A stretch of 64,000 nt of DNA from Azolla caroliniana (lineage: Eukaryota; Plantae; Polypodiophyta). A program made the position numbers and the translations under genes. The stretch spans positions 6,014,001 through 6,078,000 of the forward strand of contig JBHGNT010000011.1 of NCBI GenBank assembly GCA_043228905.1, in the 5' to 3' direction. Under the pieces are notes generated by a model. That model was given only the letters and a program-made list of their open reading frames with translations, had not been told where the DNA came from and did no database searches. Shown here piece by piece: positions 27,211-40,452 of the stretch (its first letter is position 1; each line of letters begins with the position of its first letter).

Positions 27211-28324
27211 AAGTCACCCTATCAATACATTGTACTAGAAAACTGAAAAACATCCACTTGGAGTTCACTATTAATTTTGATGATTGACAAATGAATTGAT
27301 ATATTTCGTCTTTCTTCCAAAGGGTTTATGCCTCTCAACCACTTGTACTTATCTTTCATAATATATTAGTTGTTATCAACAGGACTTGGATTTCTTCATT
27401 GCCGATATTGCTCATGTTTCCTGATGTTATTTGAGCATAGGAGTTTTGTAGAGTTGGTGTGTCCTCTGTTGGCACATAAATCTGCTCTTCTTTTGCTACC
27501 AAGAGAAGATTGTTAGTTGAATTCATTAAAGACTTTAATATTGTAAGATTTTCTACTGTAAGTTCATTTTTCAAAGGGGGCGATGAATTCTGTGAAGACA
27601 ACAATGAAAATTATTCTCTCAGAATCCTTTTTTGTTTCATGATATGTCCTGTGAAGCCATCTGAGTTTTTACTTCTTGTATATAAGTCCTGAATATCCAG
27701 GCTATGGATTTTAAAGTACAAACCTTCCTTTCCTTAACAAAATAATCCAACTTCTGAAACAATAATTTGTGATAGCTCAAAAAGGTAAGTGTTTCCTTAC
27801 TACTGTTAGTGGATGATTCATCCTTTGGGATGATATCATCAAAATATGGCCCACATTGCTTCAACAATTTGCACACATTCTGGTTACCGTCCAAATGGGA
27901 TTGATGAAACAGTCTATACTTCAGGATATCTTCAATAACACCCGATACCCGATATTTTCTGTTTCTCATCATCAACACCTAAAAACCTAAATTTTCCTAG
28001 CAAGCTAAGAAGACTTTCAAGCATTTTATCTACAATAGACTGAAAGACTTTGCGAGGATTAGGAGATGATCTCAAAAAAGAAACAAAACGTTGTAAAATA
28101 AGAATACTTAGATCAAAAAGTATATTCCCATTGTTTTTGATATATGTTGATGAGCAAAATATAGAAGCAATCCTTAAACATGAACTTGATTTCACACTGG
28201 TATAACTATTTCAGATTCATGAACTGGATTTTTTACATTGGCAATTGAAACAGTATTTTGGTATCCAAATAGTTCAATTTCAGACATCACTAACAACTAA
28301 AGTTCAAGTACAATCGAAAGACAA

Positions 28325-31300
28325 TCAGGCACTAGAGGGTAACTTGGCCGATCTTGTAATGCGCTTGTTGTTGGTGCCAGATTTTTCTGATTTTACATTC
28401 TTCTTTATCTTAAAGCCTTTAGGTATGAGCTGACTAAGTGGCACTTCATCATCAGAGGCATCAGAGACAGGCGTGGATGCGCGGGCACCTTGTACTGGTG
28501 GCAAGCTTGAGAGAGCAACTATGTTTTCTGCAACTGCAATGCTTGTACACAAATCCACAAAGGTGCTGTCGATAGACAAATTATCACTCATCTCCTGAAT
28601 GCTTGTACTCCTAGCGATCTTTATTGCCCTATCATCATCACCGATGCCTATACACTCGTTCTTATTAGACTCCTGTATGTGGACCGTGGCAGTAGTCATG
28701 GTCAACTCCTCTTGTACGATGGATGTCACCTCATTCTTAAGACAACGTTGTTCGCTCTGAGTACAATCAGGCCCACCTTCATTAGTAACGTTGTTCACTC
28801 TACACTCCTCATGGGATTCTGTACAATCAGGCTTATCTTCAGGGAAAGCGATGTTCTTTCCACGATCCTCATGGGCTTCACAAGACACTACTAGCACATT
28901 CTCAGTACAATCAAGCTCCTCTTCATTACTAGCAATGTTCTTTCCATGATCCTCATGGGAATCTTTAGATAGTACTAGCACATTATCAGTACAATCAGTC
29001 TTCTTTTCAGCACTTGCCACATTATCAGTACAATCAGTCTTCTCTTCAGTACTTGCCATATTCTTTCCACACTCTTCATGGGCTTCAATCTTCTCTTCAG
29101 TACTTGCCATATTCTTTCCACACTCATAGGCTTCTTTAGACATAGTGTTGTTTGTACATGCCAGCTGCTCTTCACATATGAATGCTTCGTTTTTCTCACA
29201 ATCCTCATGTGTGGAAGATGTGCTTCTAGAATCTGCCTCCTTGCAAAGGTTAATTTGATTCTGACTCTGATGGGAATCTGATTCTGCACTTGTGCTCCAT
29301 GAAGTTCCCGATTCATTTGATTGCAGTTGGGAATCAGACTGCTCTTGTAAACCTAATTAATGGGATTCCAAAGAATATTGGTATGAACTCACATACTCAA
29401 AAGTTTGCAAACAATGAACATAGGGTTTAGGGCCACATTTTTACCTAATGTTACATCGTCATACTGTACAGCCGTAGATACCCCATTGCAAGTGGTGGGC
29501 TCGGTCATCTTCTCCACAACATCTAGGTGCTCAACAGTGTTGTTATGATCTATAATAACAACAAGAATAGGGTTGTTATGAGCTAAATCATTGTTTTCAA
29601 AGTCTGGCTTTTGACGTGTACCTGGGAGTGTGATAAATTCGTCTTCATGATCAGGTTTTGGACTCGTATCTCCGTCACCAAATATCATTTCATCATCAGC
29701 TAGTAACACAAGTACATGGTATTAGACAATGGATTAGGTTGACAATGCTCCAGACAGGTGAGAACTTATATGACTCACCATTGCATTCAACTTTGCCTTT
29801 CTTGCCGTTTCCATACAACATTCTTGCAGCATTTCTCTTCTTACTGGGCTCTATTTGTAAAGAAACTGCATTTCTCTTCTTAGTGGGCTCTATTTCTTGA
29901 TGTTGACCGGAGCTTGGGGAATTTGTTTGTAGAAGCATATGTTCCACTGCTCCAATGGCCCTTCTCATACATTCATCCTCATCATAAAAATCATAGGTTA
30001 TTGGTAATGATGGTCCCTGAACCTTGGAATGTGCAGCAGATATTGAGGGTTTAGGCATAGGGGCTGGTTGTTCCATTACCTTCCCTGGCGTGGAGTTGCT
30101 TGACACTACAACATTCATTGCAAGAAACAAAAAAACCTTGATTGTTAGTACCATCATCTAAAATATATAATGTAGGTCACAAGAGCTGCTTCCCATTTTA
30201 CACAATGTACCAGTCATGAACAATGTACTACTCACATAGTTCCTAAATTATTGAACTAGTACTAATAAGGAACACTGTACTGCTCACTTAGTTCCCAATT
30301 TACACGATTAGTACTAATCATGCACAACATACACAAGTAGTACTAATCATGTGTTGGGATTTCGGTCCCTCCGGATGGGATGTCCGGAGATGAATGACGG
30401 CAAGCCCGGAGGCTGTTACGGAACCGTAGGATGAAGAGTACCCGGCATGAAGCCGGATGAAGAGTACCCGGTTACGGAGCCGGTTGCTGAAGACCCCGGT
30501 TACGGAGCCGGATGCTGAAGACCCCGGTTACGGAGCCGGATGCTGAAGACCCCGGTTACGGAGCCGGATGACGTATGTACCTGGAGAGAGATCCGGATGC
30601 GGGGACATATCTGTGAATATGTTTGCCAAGGGCCCTTGAGGCTATATTTGTAAATAGCCCGAAAGTCATATGTGTATAAATATGACTTAGGGCAAACAGT
30701 TGTTGTTGTTGCTCATTTTCTGTTTTCCCACTAAGAGGGAGCGAAGTGAGAGCAGCCGAGAGAGAGTGAGAGCGAAAGAGGAAGGAAGAGGTCGACGCCT
30801 CTGTGTAATACCGCCGCCTGTGGCGAGGACAGCGAGCTCAAGGTCGTCGCCTTGCAGCTCGCCATTGTACATTCCCGCGTATAGTGATAGTTGGAGTCTT
30901 GCACTCCCGTGGTTTTTCCCATTTAGGGTTTTCCACGTAAAACATCCAGTGTACCCTTCTCTCTATTGTTTTTTCGTGTATTGTTGTATTTCCCGTTTTC
31001 TGTGAATCGATCCTGTTCCTCGGTTGTGGCCGAGCACGGAATTCCGACAAAGTGGTATCAGAGCGACGGTAACACAGAAAATGGAAGGCGGCAGCAGCGG
31101 GCAGCCGGGGATGATGGTGCTGAATGCGCAGAACTACGCCGACTGGAAGATCAAGATGGAGGACCTTCTGATTGTTCGGGACCTGTACGAACCGATTGAC
31201 AGGTCGGAAATACCGAAAGGGGTACTTGAGTCGGAGTGGAAGCTCCTGAACCGGAAAGCCGTAGCGACGATCCGACAATACGTCGACGTGAGCGTCCTAC

Positions 31301-34300
31301 AACATGTGGCAAACGACACCAACGCATATGAGATGTGGAAGAAGCTGTCGGGCCTCTACGAGAGGAAGAATGCGTTGAACCGGACCTCCCTGATGAGGAA
31401 GATAGTGAACCTCAAGTACCGGGACGGCGAGAGTATGGTGGAACACGTAAGCACGTTCATGGGATTCGTGAACCAGCTTGCGGCGATCAAGTTCCCGTTG
31501 GAGGATGCAATGCAAGCCATCATCCTGATGTGTACATTGCCGGACAGCTGGGAGAACTTGGTGGTGACTCTCAGCACCTCCTGCACCGAAGATAACTTGT
31601 CCCTACAAACGGTAAAGACAAGTATTTTGAACGAAGAAGCGCGTCGGAGAGATAAAGAACCGGCCTCCGACTCGAAGGCGCTGCTTACCGAATCGGAACG
31701 GGGAAGACAATGGAACCGGAGTCCGCAAAGACGGGAGAAGTCGGGGACCCGGTCGCAGTCAAGAGGAAGACCCACATGCTTCCACTGTGGGAAGCCGGGG
31801 CACTTCCGGAAGAATTGTCGGCATTACCGAAAAGACAACGGAGCCGACGACACCGATTCGAAGAAGTCACCGGAGAGAAACGGTGCATACCGGGGAGCCA
31901 CGGACCGGAGAGGTCCGGATCGGCGAGGGCAGGACCGAAAAGGAACGACGGCACTCACGGCAAGTGAAGAGGAGATCATGCTCATCACCGAAGAAGGTGA
32001 ACTAAACATTGCCGGCGATGAGACGACCTGGGTGGTCGATTCCGGAGCGTCGTTCCACCTGACCCCGGAGAGAAGATACTTTTCATCCTACACAGCCGGC
32101 GAGCATGGCTGTGTTCGGATGGGAAATGAAGGTACGTGCCGGATTGCCGGCATCGGAGACGTGTGGTTGACAACCCCGACCGGATGCAAAATGCTGCTGA
32201 AGGATGTCCGTCACGTTCCGGAGGTTCGATTGAACCTGATTTCGGCCGGGAGGCTAGACGATGAAGGCTACACAGGTAGCATCCGGAACGGCGTAATGAA
32301 GTTTAGCAAGGGGAGCCTGATAGTGGCTCGGGCCCGAAAAGTCAACACACTGTACCTGATGAATGCCCGGTTATGTCCGGAAGAGCTGAATGTGGCAGCC
32401 GACACTGCCGGTGAGCTGTGGCACAAGAGACTGTGCCACATGAGTGAGAAGGGGATGAAGAGGCTTGCAGAAGACAACCTTATCCCAGTGAAGCATGTGC
32501 ACCTGGAGAAGTGCACCGATTGCCTGGCCGGTAAGCAGAACCGAACCTCCTTCCACTCAAGGTCACCGACGAGACGTAGCGCACCATTGGAGTTGGTGCA
32601 CACTGACGTGTGTCAGGTAGAGACGAAGTCACATGGCGGAGCCCAGTACTTCGTAACATTCATCGATGATCATAGCCGAAAACTGTGGACGGCACCGATG
32701 AAGACAAAGGACCAAGTATTGTCCGTCTTCAAAGAACTCCACGCGAGAGTGGAAAGAGAATCCGGCAAGAAGCTGAAAGCGATACGAGCGGATAACGGAG
32801 GAGAATACCGAGGGCAGTTCGCGGAGTACTGTCGCTCGAAGGGAATCCGGCTCGAGTTTACTGTGCCGAAGACGCCGGAACTGAACGGGCTGGCCGAGAG
32901 GATGAACCGGACCATAATGGAGAGGGTCCGGAGTATGTTGGCGCATGCGAAATTACCCAAGGGATTTTGGGCTGAGGCAATGTCGACGGCGACATATGTG
33001 ATAAACAGATCACCCTCAGTACCGTTGGACGGAGACACGCCGCAGAGAGTGTGGACCGGTAGGGAAGTATCCTACCGGCATCTGAAGGTGTTCGGGTGTC
33101 TCGCATACGTGCATGTGGCAAAGGACCGGAGAGGAAAGCTAGATCCAAAGACCCGGCCATGCATATTCCTCGGTTACGGCGATGACGAGTTCGGCTACCG
33201 AGTATGGGACCCGGTCGACAAGAAGATATTCAGGAGTCGAGATATCATCTTCATGGAGGACAAGACACTCGCCGACTGGGAGTCGGAGAAGAAGATGAAG
33301 AGCTCCAAGTCGACCGGTGAGGATCAACTCTACGAGGAGCAGTCCCGACCGGAAAGGGACCGGTTAGCACTCGAGGATCCGGCCGAAGACGGTGAAGAAA
33401 CAGAACCGGCCGAAGAAGATGAAAACGATACCGGAACCGGCCCCGATCCCGAAATGGATTCGGATGAAGAAGAATCGGAAGAACCGGTTACCGAAGCTCC
33501 GGAACGGAGATATCCTCTAAGAGAGAGAAGGGCCCCCCGGAGATTTCCGGAACCTGAGCACGTGCTGCTGACCGACGAGGGGGAGCCGGAGAGCTTTGAA
33601 GAAGCAAAGCATGACACCCAGAGCCGCAGGTGGTTGAGTGCCATGCAGGACGAGATGGATTCCCTGCATGAGAACCACACATATGAACTTGTGGAGTTGC
33701 CGAAAGGAAAGCGGGCACTTCGAAACAAGTGGGTGTTCAAGCTGAAACCGGGAGATGCCGAAAACCCCCCGAGATACAAAGCCAGGATCGTGGTGAAGGG
33801 GTTTCAGCAGAAGAAGGGCGTCGACTTCGACGAGATATTTGCCCCGGTAGTGAAGATGACCTCAATCCGGACGGTGCTGAGCATAGCGGCAAGCATGGAC
33901 CTCGAGGTAGAACAGATGGACGTGAAGACGGCATTCCTTCACGGTGACCTCGAAGAAGAGATCTACATGCAGCAACCGGAAGGATTCGAGAAGAAAGGGA
34001 AGGAGCACCTGGTATGCCGGTTGAAGAAGAGCCTTTACGGACTGAAGCAGGCTCCCCGGCAATGGTACCGCAAGTTCGACTCCTTCATGACCGACGAAGG
34101 GTACCACAAAACGCAGTCTGATCACTGCGTGTTTGTGAAGAAGTTCGAAGGAGGAGACTCTCTAATACTCCTCCTGTACGTGGACGACATGTTGATCGTC
34201 GGACGGGACCAGGTCAAGATACGGATGCTGAAGAAGGCTCTTCACCGAACCTTCTCAATGAAGGACCTGGGTCCGGCGAGACAAATATTAGGGATGCACA

Positions 34301-37300
34301 TCATCCGGGACCGGAAGAAGAAGCAGTTGTGGATGTCACAGGAAAAGTACGTGACAAAGGTGCTTCAACGGTTCAACATGTCGGAAGCAAGACCGGTCGG
34401 ATCGACCCTCCCGGCAAACTGCAAGCTGACCAGCAAGCAAAGTCCCAAGACAAAGGCCGAAAAGGAGGATATGATGAAAGTGCCGTATGCCTCAGCCGTC
34501 GGGAGCTTGATGTACGCCATGGTGTGTACGAGACCGGACATCGGATATGCAGTCGGAGTGGTGAGCCGATACATGAGCAATCCCGGCAAAGAGCATTGGA
34601 ACGCGGCCAAGTGGATACTCCGATACCTGAAGGGTACGGCAAACGTGTGCCTCCGATTCGGCTCCGGTAAGCCCGAACTCGACGGCTTCACCGATTCGGA
34701 TATGTCGGCTGATGCAGATACCAGCCGGTCCACATCAGGGTATGTGATGACGTATGCAGGTGGAGCTGTTTCATGGCAGTCGAGGCTGCAGAAGACGGTT
34801 GCGTTGTCAACCACGGAGGCGGAGTACATGGCGGCTGTTGAAGCCGGCAAGGAAATAATATGGATGAAGGACTTCATTAGAGAGCTCGGTATCCGGCAGG
34901 AGGAGTACCGACTCTACTGCGATAGTCAGAGTGCCATCCACCTTGCGAAGAACGCGGCCTACCATTCCCGGACGAAACACATCCAGCGAAGATATCACTG
35001 GATCCGGGAAAGGATAGAAGACAAGGAGTTCGTGCTGACGAAGATCCACACGGACGAGAACGGGTCGGATATGCTGACCAAGGTGCTCACACCCGACAAG
35101 CTGGAAGCATGCCGGAAGAGGATCGGGTTGGAGAGACATCCCATGCCGAAGTGAAGGGGGAGTTTGTTGGGATTTCGGTCCCTCCGGATGGGATGTCCGG
35201 AGATGAATGACGGCAAGCCCGGAGGCTGTTACGGAACCGTAGGATGAAGAGTACCGGGCATGAAGCTGGATGAAGAGTACCCGGTTACGGAGCCGGTTGC
35301 TGAAGACCCCGGTTACGGAGCCGGATGCTGAAGACCCCGGTTACGGAGCCGGATGCTGAAGACCCCGGTTACGGAGCCGGATGACGTATGTACCTGGAGA
35401 GAGATCCGGATGCGGGGACATATCTGTGAATATGTTTGCCAAGGGCCCTTGAGGCTATATTTGTAAATAGCCCGAAAGTCATATGTGTATAAATATGACT
35501 TAGGGCAAACAGTTGTTGTTGTTGCTCATTTTCTGTTTTCCCACTAAGAGGGAGCGAAGTGAGAGCAGCCGAGAGAGAGTGAGAGCGAAAGAGGAAGGAA
35601 GAGGTCGACGCCTCTGTGTAATACCGCCGCCTGTGGCGAGGACAGCGAGCTCAAGGTCGTCGCCTTGCAGCTCGCCATTGTACATTCCCGCGTATAGTGA
35701 TAGTTGGAGTCTTGCACTCCCGTGGTTTTTCCCATTTAGGGTTTTCCACGTAAAACATCCAGTGTACCCTTCTCTCTATTGTTTTTTCGTGTATTGTTGT
35801 ATTTCCCGTTTTCTGTGAATCGATCCTGTTCCTCGGTTGTGGCCGAGCACGGAATTCCGACATCATGCACAATATACTACTCACTTAGTTACCAAATTAC
35901 ACAAGTACTAATCCCGAAAAATGTACCACTGACTAAGTCAAATTAATAAGTAGTACTAATCTTGAACAATGTACTACTCACTTATTTCCTAAATCACTGA
36001 ACTAGTACTAATCCCGAACAACGTAATGCTCACTTAGTTCCCAATTTACACAAGTAGTACTAATCATGCACAATATACTACTCACTTAGTTAGCAAATTA
36101 CACAAGGAGTACTAATGCCGAACAACGTAATGCTCACTTAGTTCCCAATTTACACAAGTAGTACTAATCATGCACAATATACTACTCACTTAGTTAGCAA
36201 ATTACACAAGGAGTACTAATCCCGAACAATGTACTGCTCACTTAGTTCCCAATTTACACAAGTAGTACTAATCATGCACAATATACTACTCACTTAGTTA
36301 GCAAATTACACAAGGAGTACTAATCCCGAACAACGTAATGCTCACTTAGTTCCCAATTTACACAAGTAGTACTAATCATGCACAATATACTACTCACTTA
36401 GTTAGCAAATTACACAAGGAGTACTAATCCCGAACAACGTAATGCTCACTTAGTTCCCAATTTACACAAGTAATACTAATCATGCACAATATACTACTCA
36501 CTTAGTTACCAAATTACACAAGGAGTACTAATCCCGAACAATGTACTGCTCACTTAGTTCCCAATTTACACAAGTAGTACTAATCATGCACAATATACTA
36601 CTCACTTAGTTAGCAAATTACACAAGGAGTACTAATCCCGAACAATGTACCACTGACTTAGTCAAATTACACAATTAGTACTAATCCTGAACAATGTACT
36701 ACTCAACAATGTACCACTGACTTAGTCAAATTACACAATTAGTACTAATCCTACAAAATGTACTACTCACTTATTTTCTAGATTACTGATCTAGTACTAA
36801 TAAGGTACAAAACTAGTACTAATAAGGAACAAAGTACTACTCAGTTCCCAAATTACAAAACTAGTTTTAATCATGAGCAATGTACTAGTAACTTAGTTCA
36901 CAAAGTACAGAACTAGTACTAATCATGAACCATGTAGTACTTACTAAGTACTAATCCAACAAATGTAGATTGGTATTTTGCACACAAGTAATACTAAACA
37001 TGATATGTCTTCTACACACCTAGTTACATAACTTGTACTAATTACACCAACAGTATTAATCTTGAACAGTATTAGTACTAAACGTGATATGTGTTTGACA
37101 CACCTCATTTCCAAATTACAATAATTGTACTATTATTCAACAATTTACTATACACCTTGTTCCCAAATTACATTACTAGTACTAATTCCCAAGTTACACA
37201 AACAATCTTAACAGTCAACAGTGTACTATAAGTATAGTGTTTACTAAACTAATACTAGGCAAGTTGCAATATAGATTGGACGATGTTGTACCTGGTTCCC

Positions 37301-38850
37301 TTTTAGTACTACTAATTGTGGAAAATATCCCTTCAGCTACACATACCAATTATATATTAAGAGTACTGCCAATACTAACCCACATAATTAGGGTTCCACA
37401 TAATAGTTGTTAGAGATTACACTAAATTTGAAGTATGAATTGTGGCATACACTAGTTCTAGTCCAAATGTTAATTGACATCATATAATACAAACAATAGA
37501 ATAGTAGAGCCACATACCGTACGGGTGTACTTTTAAACCCCAAGCATAGTACCACTCAGCCGCAATTGTAGTTTTACAGTCCATACATGTATTCTCTTTC
37601 TCAAAATGATACTTAGCACATAGCACATGATATGTGTGCAAGCATGGTGTAATCACAACATCCATAGCCTCCAGCTTGAATCCGAGGCCACAAAATATAC
37701 ACCTAGAAGATTGCAAACACAAGTTATAATATATTAGTTGCTCACTTATTTATACCAAAGAAGTAGAAATAAATAACTTTTAAAGCCAATACCGTGATAT
37801 AGCTATACTAATAATGGTACTTTCTATACCACTTGGGTGCTCAATTACAGATGGACACAAAGTATCAAAACCATTTTGTTTTAAATCCTGCATCAAGCAT
37901 GCAAGGTTCTCAGAATGCAACTTTAAGGCTGACAACTTATTATCTATTTCTTCATGTGCATTCCTGCAAGTATCAAGGTCTCTCATCTGTGAACCTAATT
38001 GAGTGCCCATATTGTTTAGCTCTTTCTTCAACTCCTCTTTCAAGACCTCACTTTCTGAATTTTGGATTGTCGATGCAATCCATTCATATGTAGTTTTTAT
38101 TGAAGAAAATTTCTTTTCTGCCTGTATCTCAGCTGATTTAACTGCTTCCAAATCAGCAAGTAGTGTTTGTATTCTTGAGCTCATAGAAGCTATGCAACCG
38201 GCCATCATCTGTTCATGCTTTTCAGTCATTGTGGCCCGTACCTTTGCCTCTAGAACTTGGTGGATAGGTGTTATAGCTAGAATATCCACATGAGAGGTTC
38301 CAGATGACTTCAAGCCAGTGTTGGTACTGGAGGACCCTTTGTAATGTTCTGACCGGTGCCGATTAAAATCTTCCCAATTTACGTCAATGCCACCTTGAAC
38401 TTCACATGCAAAAGCACGTGCAAAAACAGTACCCACCTCATTGTTAGTGATTTGATTTGTATCATAAACATGTTCGTATCTCGTCTTCAATAAATTCATG
38501 TATTCCCTCTTCAAACCACTTATGTGGAATCCTCGCCTTGTGTCGGGACGTGCTGACCCCCAGGTTTTTAACAACCACTCTCTCAGCTCTGGATACACGT
38601 CAGGTCGTGCTCGAAGGAAATAATTCCATCCAAGAGGTGTGTCTCGACTGATGGAGTGGTACATCTTCTTTCTCTGTGTTGATGAATTCATCACCCTTTC
38701 TCTTGTGGGTGTCTTCTTGCTTTCTTTCATGGGTGTCCTTCTTCCTTCCTTCACTGGTGTCTTCACTTTCTCTTTCATCAATGTCTTCTTTATGGGTGTC
38801 CTTCTCGTCATTGTCCTAGTCAACACAATTCTCAGGGAATGAATATGCAT
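28325..38850 (-). CDS. Element A accessory gene (multi-exon): unrecognised N-terminal domain, coiled coil, RING-H2, acidic repeat-rich tail
   Basis: Exon ending at 37793; intron 37792-37703; RING exon 37702-37518 (CIFC...PCLHTYHVLC...CMDC); phase-1 intron 37517-30106; further exons from 30105 to 28325. The 3' exons and degraded ORFs at 27356-28195 are uncertain. Confidence 0.65.
30440..30572 (+). repeat. 28-bp tandem repeats in the Copia U3 (also about 35255-35385)
   Basis: tgaagaccccggttacggagccggatgc units at 30488, 30516 and 30544, plus partial copies. Confidence 0.9.
31081..35154 (+). CDS. Copia gag-pol polyprotein (gag, CCHC knuckle, protease, integrase, RT, RNase H), uninterrupted
   Basis: CFHCGKPGHFRKNC, WVVDSGAS, WHKRLCH, YVDD, KHIQRRYHWIRE; PR-INT-RT-RH order. 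Confidence 0.98.
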   Translation: MEGGSSGQPGMMVLNAQNYADWKIKMEDLLIVRDLYEPIDRSEIPKGVLESEWKLLNRKAVATIRQYVDVSVLQHVANDTNAYEMWKKLSGLYERKNALNRTSLMRKIVNLKYRDGESMVEHVSTFMGFVNQLAAIKFPLEDAMQAIILMCTLPDSWENLVVTLSTSCTEDNLSLQTVKTSILNEEARRRDKEPASDSKALLTESERGRQWNRSPQRREKSGTRSQSRGRPTCFHCGKPGHFRKNCRHYRKDNGADDTDSKKSPERNGAYRGATDRRGPDRRGQDRKGTTALTASEEEIMLITEEGELNIAGDETTWVVDSGASFHLTPERRYFSSYTAGEHGCVRMGNEGTCRIAGIGDVWLTTPTGCKMLLKDVRHVPEVRLNLISAGRLDDEGYTGSIRNGVMKFSKGSLIVARARKVNTLYLMNARLCPEELNVAADTAGELWHKRLCHMSEKGMKRLAEDNLIPVKHVHLEKCTDCLAGKQNRTSFHSRSPTRRSAPLELVHTDVCQVETKSHGGAQYFVTFIDDHSRKLWTAPMKTKDQVLSVFKELHARVERESGKKLKAIRADNGGEYRGQFAEYCRSKGIRLEFTVPKTPELNGLAERMNRTIMERVRSMLAHAKLPKGFWAEAMSTATYVINRSPSVPLDGDTPQRVWTGREVSYRHLKVFGCLAYVHVAKDRRGKLDPKTRPCIFLGYGDDEFGYRVWDPVDKKIFRSRDIIFMEDKTLADWESEKKMKSSKSTGEDQLYEEQSRPERDRLALEDPAEDGEETEPAEEDENDTGTGPDPEMDSDEEESEEPVTEAPERRYPLRERRAPRRFPEPEHVLLTDEGEPESFEEAKHDTQSRRWLSAMQDEMDSLHENHTYELVELPKGKRALRNKWVFKLKPGDAENPPRYKARIVVKGFQQKKGVDFDEIFAPVVKMTSIRTVLSIAASMDLEVEQMDVKTAFLHGDLEEEIYMQQPEGFEKKGKEHLVCRLKKSLYGLKQAPRQWYRKFDSFMTDEGYHKTQSDHCVFVKKFEGGDSLILLLYVDDMLIVGRDQVKIRMLKKALHRTFSMKDLGPARQILGMHIIRDRKKKQLWMSQEKYVTKVLQRFNMSEARPVGSTLPANCKLTSKQSPKTKAEKEDMMKVPYASAVGSLMYAMVCTRPDIGYAVGVVSRYMSNPGKEHWNAAKWILRYLKGTANVCLRFGSGKPELDGFTDSDMSADADTSRSTSGYVMTYAGGAVSWQSRLQKTVALSTTEAEYMAAVEAGKEIIWMKDFIRELGIRQEEYRLYCDSQSAIHLAKNAAYHSRTKHIQRRYHWIRERIEDKEFVLTKIHTDENGSDMLTKVLTPDKLEACRKRIGLERHPMPK

Positions 38851-39359
38851 GTACTAGAAGAAAACTCAAGCAATTACCATCAACACATAGCAAATCATCT
38901 CATTGCATGTACAAACCATGTCAAACACACAATAACCCTAAATAGTCGGAAAAAAACTCCATTGTAAATCATCATAGCCAACTCCATCATTGTAAATCAT
39001 TGTAAATCATCGCATCGCATGTACAAGCCAACTCCATCACATCGTAAAACACACAAGCCAACTCCATCACAAGCCAACGAAAACATTGTAAATCATCATA
39101 GCCAACTCCATCACATCGCATGTACAAGCCATGTCAAACACACAAAAACCCAAAATAGTCGGAAAAACACTCATCCATGTCAAACTCACACAAAATAAAA
39201 CAGATGGACAAGAAACAAGAACAAAACGAAAACATAGCAACTCATCATAGCCAACTCCATTTACGTTGCATGTACAAACATGTCTAACACACAACCACCT
39301 CGATCAAAATATTTTCATACATTTTTAAAAGGAACACAGAGAAACACAGAGAAAACAAA

Positions 39360-39652
39360 AACACAGAGAATACCTGGAGGTTGTACAACTTGCAGAGGTA
39401 CCAGACCGTGTTGATTTCGACAAACGAGGCTGCTGCAGAGGAGACAAACGAGCATAGACAGAGGAAACAAACGAGCATACAGACAGACAGGAAACATTCA
39501 GAAAAAGAAAACATTGAGTATTGGGCATGCAACACAGAGAATACCTGGAGGTTGTACAACTTGCAGAGGTACCAGACCGTGTTGATTTCGACAAACGAGG
39601 CTGCTGCAGAGGAGACAAACGAGCATAGACAGAGGAAACAAACGAGCATACA
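39360..39652. repeat. Two copies of a unit with 171-bp period, upstream of the element A accessory gene
   Basis: acacagagaatacctggaggttgtacaacttgcagagg... at about 39361 and 39532. Confidence 0.9.
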
Positions 39653-39942
39653 CAAGGAAGGAAAATCAACAACACATACAACGAGCAGGGGAAACAAAAA
39701 TCTCTGCGTTCAGAGATCGAACCTGGCACAGAGGGGAACACAAGAACAGCTACGCGGGGAAACAGAGCATCGAAGGTGGAGTGAGAGAGAGAAACAGAAA
39801 GAAAGAAAGAAACAGAGCTTTGAAAGAAAAAAACAGAAAGAATCGAAGGTGGAGTGAAAGAAAGAAACAGAGAGATAGACCTGTAATATATATGTCGTCT
39901 TTCTTTAACTTTCTGCCACTGTCTGTCTGACAACTTCGAGAC

Positions 39943-39946
<4 letters not shown>

Positions 39947-39992
<46 letters not shown>

Positions 39993-40063
39993 GTGAGTGA
40001 GAGAGAGAGACATACCAATTGACACGTTCGACTACCCATACCAGAGAGAGAGAGAGAGAGAGA
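39947..40063. repeat. (GA)n microsatellites
   Basis: Long GAGA runs at 39947-40009 and 40043-40063. Confidence 0.95.
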
Positions 40064-40452
40064 TACTGAGACTGACCAACTGTCACAATGGATACCTTCT
40101 CCAGGTGTGCTTTCGTACAACTCTACCTAGGAGACTGGGGCAACAATTAATGTATTAAATATGGCCTAGGGACATTTCGAGTGTGACGTACAATATCTTT
40201 GTGCATTCGAGTGTGACGTAATGAATTTGTTTTTTGTTTTTTGAAACTTATTTACAATTTTTAATGTTTATTTTCTTCTTCGATTTAGTACTAAATTTTT
40301 GGCCAAAAGTTGGTACACCGTAGCATGCTTCGACCCCATTATCAAATGTTATTTTAGTTATGTATTTATCTGATTGTAGACTTTTAATGTGAAGCTTTTG
40401 TACTTCACGACATCCACCCTCTCTAGACCTGCACATCCTCCGGCATGTGCCA

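Larger units (their letters stand above)
30352..35862 (+). mobile_element. Intact Ty1/Copia element (Tnt1/Tto1-like), LTRs 30352..31049 and 35165..35862
   Basis: 698-bp TG..CA LTRs with two differences seen; TSD TCATG; PBS tggtatcagagc (tRNA-iMet) at 31053; PPT gaagggggag. Confidence 0.98.
30200..36960. repeat. 52-bp monomer / 104-bp dimer AGTACT-containing tandem array, split by the Copia at 30352..35862
   Basis: atcatgcac recurs at 36063, 36167, 36271, 36375, 36479 and 36583; related units at 30200-30350 and out to about 36960. Confidence 0.92.
21864..40336 (+). mobile_element. Large Sola2-like DNA transposon A (about 13 kb without the nested Copia)
   Basis: 27-bp TIRs with 25/27 matches (21864..21890 and 40310..40336), GGG...CCC termini, 4-bp TSD CATT on both sides, DDD-type transposase. 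GRG termini and a 4-bp TSD fit Sola2 as I recall it. Confidence 0.85.

Noticed and set aside
27356-38850. Host RING gene flanked by TEs
   Set aside because: It lies inside TIRs with a TSD, and a homologue occupies the same position in the second element.
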